Source: a virus
Virus record (IMG/VR): IMGVR_UViG_3300027432_000003
Location: 1 to 39,237 of that record
Strand: one strand, 5' to 3'
DNA: 39,237 nt
The notes beneath the pieces are model-generated. The model ran no database searches. It worked only from the letters and a program-made list of their open reading frames with translations, and was not told the origin of the DNA. The translations under genes and the position numbers were made by a program. Within the stretch, counting starts at the first letter, position 1. Each line of letters begins with the position of its first letter. This document shows positions 24,247-31,146 of this stretch, piece after piece.

Positions 24247-25495
24247 TTTCGTCAATCTTTCTCATGTTTTCAAAGCGGGTGTATTCCTTCATAAACGTCA
24301 AATCGATTCCCCCGGTCGCTCCGTGACGGCATTTGATGATCGCCAGCTTTATCGGCTGGACGAGCGGCTGGACCGCGCCATTGTTTTCCAGCTTCCAAAT
24401 CGTGTCCGCGTCCTGGCCTATGGCCCGCGATTCGCGCAGTTTGCCATCATCGTTCAACTGAGACAGCGCCAGGATTGGAATGTCCAGTTCCATTGCCATC
24501 GCCTTGACGCCCTTGGATATTGATGAAATCTCCTGTTCTCTGTTGTCCCCTGTTCCGCGAAGCAGTTGGATGTAGTCAATCACCGCCAGTTTGATGCCGT
24601 GCTTCTGTTTGAGCCGCCGGCCCATCGCGCATATCTGGGCAATAGAAAGCTGGTTTGCCTGTTCGATGTAAAGCGGAGCACTAGAAAGTCTTGTAACCGC
24701 TTCCATCATTTTTGGAAAATCATCCTGCCGGACCCGGTGAAAGTTGACGCGCGACTCCGAACAAATGGAACGGACCACAAGCTGCACTGGCTGCATTTCT
24801 GCGCTGAATATCGCCGTTGGCAGTCCTTCAAATGCAGCGCGAACGGCGATGTTCACGGCGAGCGCGGTCTTGCCCGTGCCGGGGAATGCCGCCACGACCA
24901 CCATTTCACCGGGATGGACGCCATCACTCATCCGGTCCAAATCATGCAAGCCCGTGGAAATCCCGGTGATGTTAGCACCATTCAGGAAGCGGGTTTCAAT
25001 CTTGCCGATGGCTTGCCGGACCAGTTCCTTTATCTCGCTGCATTGCTTTTGGTTTGGCCGTATGGACAGAATCAGAGCCTCAATACGGTCAAGGACGGCG
25101 CCGGTGTCCCCGCTGGCTTCGTAGGCGTCAGCAATCGCTCTGGCGCAGGCCGCGATAATGTCCCGGCTGATTCTCTTTTCCACCAACAATTCAAGCCACG
25201 CCGGGAGGTTGGCGGTTGATGGCACGCTGTCCTGACACTCTGACAGGTACGAATCGCCGCCGATTTTATCAAACTGGCCGGAATCTTTAAGGGTTTGCCG
25301 AAGTGAAATTATGTCAAGTTGGTCCGCCGCCATGCCGGCCGCTGTTTCCCAAAGGATTTTGTTTCGGAGATTATAAAAATGGCCGTTGTTGATGGCCTCC
25401 ATGCACGCCGGCAAACAGTCAATGGGAGAAAGGATGCAACAGCCGATTACGGCGCGTTCAGCTTCGGGTGAATGTGGAGGAAGGCGGTCCATCAT
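24239..25495 (-). CDS. dnaB: Replicative DNA helicase (DnaB family)
   Basis: 418 aa. The N-terminal PPHSPEAERAVIGCCIL is DnaB-like. GISTGLHDLD is present, Walker A is AAFPGTGKTALAVNIA, and the C-terminal part is RecA-like. Confidence 0.9.
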   Translation of the reverse strand: MMDRLPPHSPEAERAVIGCCILSPIDCLPACMEAINNGHFYNLRNKILWETAAGMAADQLDIISLRQTLKDSGQFDKIGGDSYLSECQDSVPSTANLPAWLELLVEKRISRDIIAACARAIADAYEASGDTGAVLDRIEALILSIRPNQKQCSEIKELVRQAIGKIETRFLNGANITGISTGLHDLDRMSDGVHPGEMVVVAAFPGTGKTALAVNIAVRAAFEGLPTAIFSAEMQPVQLVVRSICSESRVNFHRVRQDDFPKMMEAVTRLSSAPLYIEQANQLSIAQICAMGRRLKQKHGIKLAVIDYIQLLRGTGDNREQEISSISKGVKAMAMELDIPILALSQLNDDGKLRESRAIGQDADTIWKLENNGAVQPLVQPIKLAIIKCRHGATGGIDLTFMKEYTRFENMRKIDEND

Positions 25496-26169
25496 AGGTT
25501 CCCGTTTGAGGATTCTTGAGTCTTCCCGTTTCTGGCTGGCGGCTTTGTTGGCCTCCCGTCATTATCCCACCAACCGCGCACGCGAAGAGCATATTTGCGC
25601 CAATCTCGCTTTTTAGACCAATCGTCCACGGCCAGGAACTTGTCCTTGGCAAACCATTCCGCCGCTATGCCGCAATGAGGGGATTGGCAAAATTCCCAAA
25701 ATTCCTTCCATGATGGCGCTTCGGTAAAGTTTTCCCCCATACCCCCTTTCCCAGAAGCATATACAGAATCAGAGGCAGAGGCAGAGGGTGTTGACGCGAC
25801 CTCGCTCTCTCTTGTTGAAGCTTTGCTGCGAGACTCAGCCGATTTTTTCCCAGCATAACTCCTTAAATCGCTTATTTTACAAGCCCTTTTTCGCCTTCGG
25901 TTGCTTAGAATTATGTTGCCATTTTGTTCAACCACTTCGGCCACATTAAACTGTTTTAGCTGCTCAATTGCTAGTTGCATCTGAGGCACGCGGCAGATGC
26001 AAAGCGCCGCCAACTGCTCAATTGTCCCGCTGACTGAGTGATTTTGTTGCAGCATCATGGTGTTTACGGCTTCAAACCAAATTCCCCGAGTTGCGGCTTC
26101 ACAAAGCCTCAGCCCCGGCTCACTGGCCCAATTGGTTGGATACCACTTTTCCCAAGGAAGTTCTGGCAT
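25492..26169 (-). CDS. Replication organiser or helicase-loader candidate (DUF1376-like N-terminus)
   Basis: 225 aa. Its stop overlaps the dnaB start as ATGA. The N-terminal WEKWYPTNWASEPGLRLCEAATRGIWFEAVNTM resembles DUF1376-type phage replication proteins. This match is from memory. Confidence 0.45.
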   Translation of the reverse strand: MPELPWEKWYPTNWASEPGLRLCEAATRGIWFEAVNTMMLQQNHSVSGTIEQLAALCICRVPQMQLAIEQLKQFNVAEVVEQNGNIILSNRRRKRACKISDLRSYAGKKSAESRSKASTRESEVASTPSASASDSVYASGKGGMGENFTEAPSWKEFWEFCQSPHCGIAAEWFAKDKFLAVDDWSKKRDWRKYALRVRGWWDNDGRPTKPPARNGKTQESSNGNL

Positions 26170-26409
26170 AAAATCTAAACAGGATTGCCCGCGTGGAAAC
26201 AGGTTGACGACGACTGGCCGGAAGGCCGGAAGCTGGACCTATTGCGCGAGCAACCCAGTTTAGACTTGATGTTCATTCGTCGTCATTTCGCCGGTTTCCA
26301 ATCGGCACAAAAAATGTAATCTCCAGCCATAAATCTTTCAAGGGTTATTTTCACACCAGCGCAGGTGTGGCTTGGCGGGTCATAAGTTCCGAAGCGTATT
26401 TTGTGAGTT

Positions 26410-26754
26410 TCATATCGGTTCTATGGTTATCACTGCACCCTCATCGCCGCGCTTCACCTTTCGACAAGTAACGTGAAGTTCTGAAATCACCTTCCAGTTG
26501 TCGTCTGGCGGCAATGATGCAATCAAGGATTGTGCTTGTTCCGGCGTCAAGGTCGCGGTTCCGCTGGTCTGAAATAAGGAAATCAATTGTAACACGAAAC
26601 CTTTGACGCAACGGCGCTTCCACTCGCGGTTTTTTTTGTCCACGATGGCATACATCGAGTTTTTTATCGACGGAGTGTGTCCCATCGTAAATACCTCCAA
26701 ACAAATGCGGGTTGCGACGCTTGAAAGATTCGCTGGCGTTGGGAAAGTTTTCAT
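26410..26754 (-). CDS. rusA: RusA-family Holliday-junction resolvase whose family motifs are split between this frame and the overlapping frame 26441..26758
   Basis: This frame has the N-terminal GHTPSIKNSMY (PPSxN-like) and the C-terminal PPDDNWKVISELHVTCRKVKRGDEGAVITIEPI. The catalytic-type RNRDLDAGTSTILDCIIAA occurs only in the other frame. See the corresponding finding. Confidence 0.6.
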   Translation of the reverse strand: MKTFPTPANLSSVATRICLEVFTMGHTPSIKNSMYAIVDKKNREWKRRCVKGFVLQLISLFQTSGTATLTPEQAQSLIASLPPDDNWKVISELHVTCRKVKRGDEGAVITIEPI

Positions 26755-26765
26755 TCATTTTTTTG

Positions 26766-27080
26766 TTATGCCGTCATCCACCGGGTTACAAGTTTCTGCC
26801 TCAAATGACGGCATAACCAGTCCAAGCCGTGTCCAGCTGACGACCGGCCAAAGGTTTCCGCCACGATCTGGTTCAACCGTTTGCCCTGCCTGATTTTGAT
26901 TTCAAAACCCAAGCCGTTCACATGGGACTCGACCCGGATGGTATGAAGCAATATGCCAGGTTCCGGTCTTGGGATGTACTCAGGCTGATTGTCCATGCGC
27001 TTGCGGGCCTTGGCGGCGTGGGCCAGCATCGAAGTCCGATGGTCCCAGCTTCTACGGTTTCTCTTGCGGCTTAATCTCAT
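26766..27080 (-). CDS. Hypothetical basic protein
   Basis: 104-aa ORF with an ATG start. Confidence 0.5.
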   Translation of the reverse strand: MRLSRKRNRRSWDHRTSMLAHAAKARKRMDNQPEYIPRPEPGILLHTIRVESHVNGLGFEIKIRQGKRLNQIVAETFGRSSAGHGLDWLCRHLRQKLVTRWMTA

Positions 27081-27107
27081 GAGATTTGGATAATGCGTTG
27101 TTAGGGG

Positions 27108-27815
27108 TCATAGCAGCACGCCTTGGTTTGCCTCGCGTTCCAGACGGGAGCAGGCGGATGCAAAATATTTTGGGTCTTTTTCGATGCCTATGAAATTCCG
27201 GCCCGTGCGCAGACAGGCTACGCCGGTTGTCCCGCTTCCTGTAAATGGGTCGCAGACCAAGCTGCCTTCATCCGCAAATACCTTTACCTGCCGGATCATC
27301 AAGTCTATCGGTTTTGGTGTCGGATGGTCAGGACTTGACTGCACTCCGAACAAATGGAACTTGTTGTAGGCTTCGTAAGGCAGCCCCTTCGCTATAAAAC
27401 TTTCTCCCGGTCTGAACAGCCGCAGGCAGAGTTCGGTGTCGGACATCATCTTTCCGTTGTAGTTCGGGATGGCGTTGGGCTTGTGCCAATACATCAAATC
27501 CCAGCCGAGGCCATTTGCTTCGGCCAGCTTCAAATAGGTCGGCAGCAGCTTTTGCGAGAACCACACGATGAGATTCTTGCCGAACATTGGAAGCACGGCG
27601 TTGAAGAATGCCTCGGGTTCAAAGTCAGTCCCAAAGCTTTCGCGGATGGTGTCGAGGTGTGTGCGAGTTCGGTAGAGTCCCCCGCCTTTGCTTTCAAAAT
27701 TATATGGCGGGTCGGTTATCACGGCATCAATGCCAGCCAGCGACGGCAGGATTTCCAGACAGTCCCCGTTGTAGAGTGTCGCTGAAAAATGACCCCTAAC
27801 AAATCGCTGGAACAC
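27108..27815 (-). CDS. DNA amino-methyltransferase A (N6-adenine/N4-cytosine, beta class)
   Basis: The DPPY motif (AVITDPPYNF) precedes the AdoMet motif (VCDPFTGSGTTGVACLRTGRNFIGIEKD). GTG start at 27815. Confidence 0.85.
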   Translation of the reverse strand: MFQRFVRGHFSATLYNGDCLEILPSLAGIDAVITDPPYNFESKGGGLYRTRTHLDTIRESFGTDFEPEAFFNAVLPMFGKNLIVWFSQKLLPTYLKLAEANGLGWDLMYWHKPNAIPNYNGKMMSDTELCLRLFRPGESFIAKGLPYEAYNKFHLFGVQSSPDHPTPKPIDLMIRQVKVFADEGSLVCDPFTGSGTTGVACLRTGRNFIGIEKDPKYFASACSRLEREANQGVLL

Positions 27816-27972
27816 AACGGCGGGAGTTCCTGCCGTTCGTTCGCTGGTTGTGATTTATTGCGTCATTTTTATTCGCCGCCGTGGTTCAGCTCTGCGTTAG
27901 CTGGCTTGGCCACGTCTATGATTTTACGCTTATATCGCGGGAGCTTTTCGAGCGAGTCCACCTTGCCGCGAG

Positions 27973-28194
27973 CTATCTGCGTCGAGTTTCCTTTTTTGTC
28001 CCTTGCGTCTTGGCGTATTCCAGCCATTGATTTGCGAGATCGGTCATTTCTTCGCCAGTCAGATTCACGCACTTGTCCGGCTCGCTGGCATCTTCGAGCG
28101 CGAACAGTCGGTTGTGGACGGGCAGCGTTGAGTCAGGCTCGATTTCATAGACCTGCTGCGCGCCGTGAGTTTTGGTTGTGATTATCAGTTTCAT
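27973..28194 (-). CDS. Small hypothetical protein (73 aa)
   Basis: MKLIITTKTHGAQQVYEIEPD... ATG 28194 overlaps the stop of the Dam-type gene as ATGA. It contains the heptamer A_AAA_AAG near its 3' end. Confidence 0.55.
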   Translation of the reverse strand: MKLIITTKTHGAQQVYEIEPDSTLPVHNRLFALEDASEPDKCVNLTGEEMTDLANQWLEYAKTQGTKKETRRR

Positions 28195-28856
28195 GGTGCT
28201 GTGTTTCCGCCGCGTAAGTCCACGAAGCAGCCAGCCAGTCGGCCATGCTGCACCGCGTCCCAGAGCGCATTTGCGTTTTCGTCGTCCCACGTCACCAGCA
28301 TGGAGGGCGCACCGGCTGTCCCGCCTTTCGTGCCGTTGACGTGATAGAATGAGAGTCGGCCTTTCAGGAAGCAGACTGCCGTGGCTTTGCCCCAGATGTA
28401 GTCGAAGAATTGGCGCGTCTCCGTTCGTGCGAAGATAAGCGCGGTTACATTTTTGTGCGCGCTGCATCGCCCCATCCACTCGCCGGTTTTCGGGCCGTAA
28501 GGCGGATTGCACCACACGCGACCTGACCACGGCTTGATGAGTCCGTTGTCCTCGATGGTGTAGTGCGCCTTCGCCGTTTCCCACGGGCGTTTGATTGGAG
28601 CGCACGGGTCGAGGTCGAACGGCCACGGAACTTCCTCGCCATCTTCCCGCGTTTGTTCCAGCGCCTTGATTATCTGTGGGGGTGTCAGCCATTCCTCTTT
28701 GCCGTTTTCGAGATCACGGTCATGCGCGAACCCGATGCGTTTTTCTTCATTCGACGGGACGGCCAACAATTCCTTGCAGACAACCGCCTCATCGCTACCA
28801 GTTTTGGAGTAGCGTGTTTCGGCGGTCGCTGCGGGTTTGAGAAAGTCAGTTTGCAT
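28191..28856 (-). CDS. Phage Dam-type DNA N6-adenine methyltransferase
   Basis: EWLTPPQIIKAL, FDLDPCAP, WSGRVWCNPPYG, FARTETRQF and LKGRLSF follow the pattern of the phage N-6-adenine-methyltransferase family. Confidence 0.85.
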   Translation of the reverse strand: MQTDFLKPAATAETRYSKTGSDEAVVCKELLAVPSNEEKRIGFAHDRDLENGKEEWLTPPQIIKALEQTREDGEEVPWPFDLDPCAPIKRPWETAKAHYTIEDNGLIKPWSGRVWCNPPYGPKTGEWMGRCSAHKNVTALIFARTETRQFFDYIWGKATAVCFLKGRLSFYHVNGTKGGTAGAPSMLVTWDDENANALWDAVQHGRLAGCFVDLRGGNTAP

Positions 28857-28890
28857 ATTGTCGGCGGTGTCTGAAGTCAGTCGTTAGGGG

Positions 28891-29592
28891 TCACAAGAGC
28901 ACCCCATCTAGTTCGTGTGCGAAGCGGTCACACGCCAGTTTGTAGTATTCAGCATCCCGCTCGATGCCGATAAAGTTCCGCCCCGTTCTCATGCAGGCGA
29001 TGCCGGTGGTTGCGCTGCCCATATACGGGTCGAGCACTGTCGCGCCTTCTGGGATTCGCGCCTTTTCCATACACCACGCCATCAGCGGCACTGGCTTTTG
29101 GGTCGGGTGGCATTTGTCGGTCTGGTTGTGCTTGTGGATTGCGTAGGGATACACTTTCGCCGTCACGCCTTCCGCATCGCACCATGCCAGTTCAGCATCC
29201 GCGAAGTTGTCCACCGTCTGCATTTTATACCACACGAAGAAGCATTGCGACGGCGGCAGCACCATGTTGTTTGCGCCCCATATCACGCGCACAGTTCCGA
29301 GAGTGAGCAGCAGTTCCATCATTTCTTGCGGCGGTTTCTTGTCCCATTGCAGCCCGTTGGTTTCCGCTCCGTAGCCCTTGAATCTGGTCGTGAAGAAGCC
29401 TTTCTCGAAGCGTTTGATTCCATACGGCGGATCAGTGACCACGGCATCGCACTGCATTGGCAGCACCTCAGAGCAGTCGCTATGTATAAGAGTCGCAGAC
29501 AAGTGACCCCTAACAAATCGCTGGAGCACAACACCGCCCCCGCTCTTGGCTTCGGCGGGCGTCTCTGGTGGTAGTGTGTCGGTCGTGCTCAT
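28891..29592 (-). CDS. DNA amino-methyltransferase B (paralogue of A with a different central region)
   Basis: AVVTDPPYGI ... LDPYMGSATTGIACMRTGRNFIGIERD. It shares LQRFVRGHxSATL and the C-terminal ...GVLL with MTase A. Confidence 0.85.
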   Translation of the reverse strand: MSTTDTLPPETPAEAKSGGGVVLQRFVRGHLSATLIHSDCSEVLPMQCDAVVTDPPYGIKRFEKGFFTTRFKGYGAETNGLQWDKKPPQEMMELLLTLGTVRVIWGANNMVLPPSQCFFVWYKMQTVDNFADAELAWCDAEGVTAKVYPYAIHKHNQTDKCHPTQKPVPLMAWCMEKARIPEGATVLDPYMGSATTGIACMRTGRNFIGIERDAEYYKLACDRFAHELDGVLL

Positions 29593-29630
29593 TACGTCGT
29601 GGTCGGGGCGGTGTGGCTCAGCTTTTTGCG

Positions 29631-30221
29631 TTAGGACACTTGGCCTTCACATTGTTGCCACGCCTCATTGACTCGCCGGAATAATTCAGCATCGCCGCCA
29701 AGGTCGGGGTGGTGTTTCTTTGCAAGTATCCTGTATGCCTCTTTGGCCTGATCTTTGGTAGCGTTGATTGGCACGCCGAGGGTTTCCCACCAGCTTGATC
29801 CGCCAGCGCGTTCTGGCAGCGCGACGTAGCCTCGGAAGGCCGATTCCATCATGTCGCCAGTTCCCCAGCGGGCGATGCCACGCAGGGCTTGGACGGTGAG
29901 CGCGATGGCGTGCATGTTATCATCCACCGTCAGGTAGCGGTCGCACGCGAAGCACAGTTGCTTGCCCTTGCGGTTGAAGTAGGCGGCTATGCCAGGATCA
30001 CCCGACTTCGGTTTCGCATCGGCATACGGCAGCCCGTCTTGGCGGCGCGGAATGTCAGACGAGAAGATGCAGTTGTCGCCGCCGATCAGTTTAATTTCGC
30101 GGAGAAGATTCGTGCGCGCCGCCGCAAATGAGGTTTTGAAGCGGGCGTGGCATCGGTTCATCGGCGCGGTGCGCGGACGACCGTCAGGCCAGCAGAGCGG
30201 GAAGGCTGTTTTTTCATTCAT
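29631..30221 (-). CDS. J-domain (DnaJ-like) protein with an unknown N-terminal domain
   Basis: The C-terminal WWETLGVPINATKDQAKEAYRILAKKHHPDLGGDAELFRRVNEAWQ carries the HPD tripeptide. Confidence 0.8.
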   Translation of the reverse strand: MNEKTAFPLCWPDGRPRTAPMNRCHARFKTSFAAARTNLLREIKLIGGDNCIFSSDIPRRQDGLPYADAKPKSGDPGIAAYFNRKGKQLCFACDRYLTVDDNMHAIALTVQALRGIARWGTGDMMESAFRGYVALPERAGGSSWWETLGVPINATKDQAKEAYRILAKKHHPDLGGDAELFRRVNEAWQQCEGQVS

Positions 30222-30272
30222 AGATTTTTGTTTATTCGACGTGTCCTAACCACTCACTCCAGCCAACCGGCG

Positions 30273-30599
30273 TTACGCCTTGCCGTCCGCATTCGCGGGC
30301 GATGCGCCCCGGTCGCCGGTGGCTGAGTTCGAGGCGTTCGGCGGAAATTCGATACCCGTATCGGCATAGGCCAGTTCCATCGCTATGATGTCCTTGCCCT
30401 TCGCGCACAAGTCGCCTTCGCCCCAGTAGATGTATTCCGCGCAGTCATCGCATGTGAGCCAGTGGCGGCGCAGAGCATCTAGCGCATTGCAGAAGCGGAT
30501 TTTAGTGTCATTTGGCAGTCGGACATTTTCCGCCGAACCAGTCGCTGCACCCGCAACTGCCGCTGGCGTTTCCGATTCGATGCTTTCAGGTTTTGTCAT
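30273..30599 (-). CDS. Hypothetical protein, first gene of the early-left operon
   Basis: I moved the start to ATG 30599 (MTKPESIES...). The ORF-track extension to 30797 runs through the intergenic control region. Confidence 0.5.
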   Translation of the reverse strand: MTKPESIESETPAAVAGAATGSAENVRLPNDTKIRFCNALDALRRHWLTCDDCAEYIYWGEGDLCAKGKDIIAMELAYADTGIEFPPNASNSATGDRGASPANADGKA

Positions 30600-30818
30600 A
30601 GAGTTTTTGTGCCGCCCTGCGCCACGGGGCCGCACAGGTCTTTCACGGTCACTGGCTCTGGCGTTGACCACGGAGGCGGCATAACACCGCGCTGCTGCCA
30701 ACGTGCGGTGTTCCTTCAGATTTCGATTGGTTATTTGGCATTTGAATCCTTTGGTTGTCGTGCCCCCAACGTTACACCCCCCAAAAAAAATATGCAAGAA
30801 AAATGTTTAACAATTTGT

Positions 30819-30846
30819 TTGACAATTTTCCGTTCCCGTGTATTTT
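30819..30846 (+). promoter_or_regulatory. Sigma70-like promoter of the early-right operon
   Basis: TTGACA (30819-30824), a 16-nt spacer, then TATTTT (30841-30846). ATG 30857 follows 10 nt later, so the leader would be very short. Confidence 0.5.
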
Positions 30847-30856
30847 CAGACCAGAC

Positions 30857-31054
30857 ATGGCAAAACAAAAAGACAAATACACTCAGTTAGCCGATGACCT
30901 GGGCGCGCTTAAAATTGGAGATTATTTATCTCGCGCGATCAATCTCGAAATGCGGCTGGCCGCTTACACGGCGTCGAAATTCCTCGGCATCAAGCTGCGC
31001 ATCCGAGAGATTCCGCTCCAAAAAGGCCGTTTCCAAGTTATGAGGATCGCATGA
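30857..31054 (+). CDS. Hypothetical small protein (65 aa)
   Basis: MAKQKDKYTQLADDLG... It is the first ORF after the promoter. Confidence 0.5.
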   Translation: MAKQKDKYTQLADDLGALKIGDYLSRAINLEMRLAAYTASKFLGIKLRIREIPLQKGRFQVMRIA

Positions 31055-31137
31055 AACAATTCGCGTTCGATATGCTCGGTTGTTTGTTCATGGCCGTCGC
31101 GCTCTACGTTTTAACCGTCGTTTTTTTCGTTTTATAA
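31051..31137 (+). CDS. Tiny hydrophobic peptide (28 aa, single TM)
   Basis: MKQFAFDMLGCLFMAVALYVLTVVFFVL. Its ATG overlaps the upstream TGA as ATGA. It is below the ORF-track length cut-off, so I translated it by hand. Confidence 0.35.
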   Translation: MKQFAFDMLGCLFMAVALYVLTVVFFVL

Positions 31138-31146
31138 AATAAAAAT

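Noticed and set aside
26170-26409. The 240-bp gap between the replication organiser gene and rusA might be a replication origin or a small-gene region.
   Set aside because: It has only very short ORFs (8-33 aa) in different frames and one weak GGCCGGAA x2 repeat (26216-26231). That is not enough to call an origin or a gene.
27973-28692. A 239-aa ORF overlapping the Dam-type methyltransferase gene.
   Set aside because: It is an Arg/Gly/Ala-rich out-of-frame translation of GC-rich coding DNA. Only its last 73 codons, from ATG 28194, form a plausible gene.
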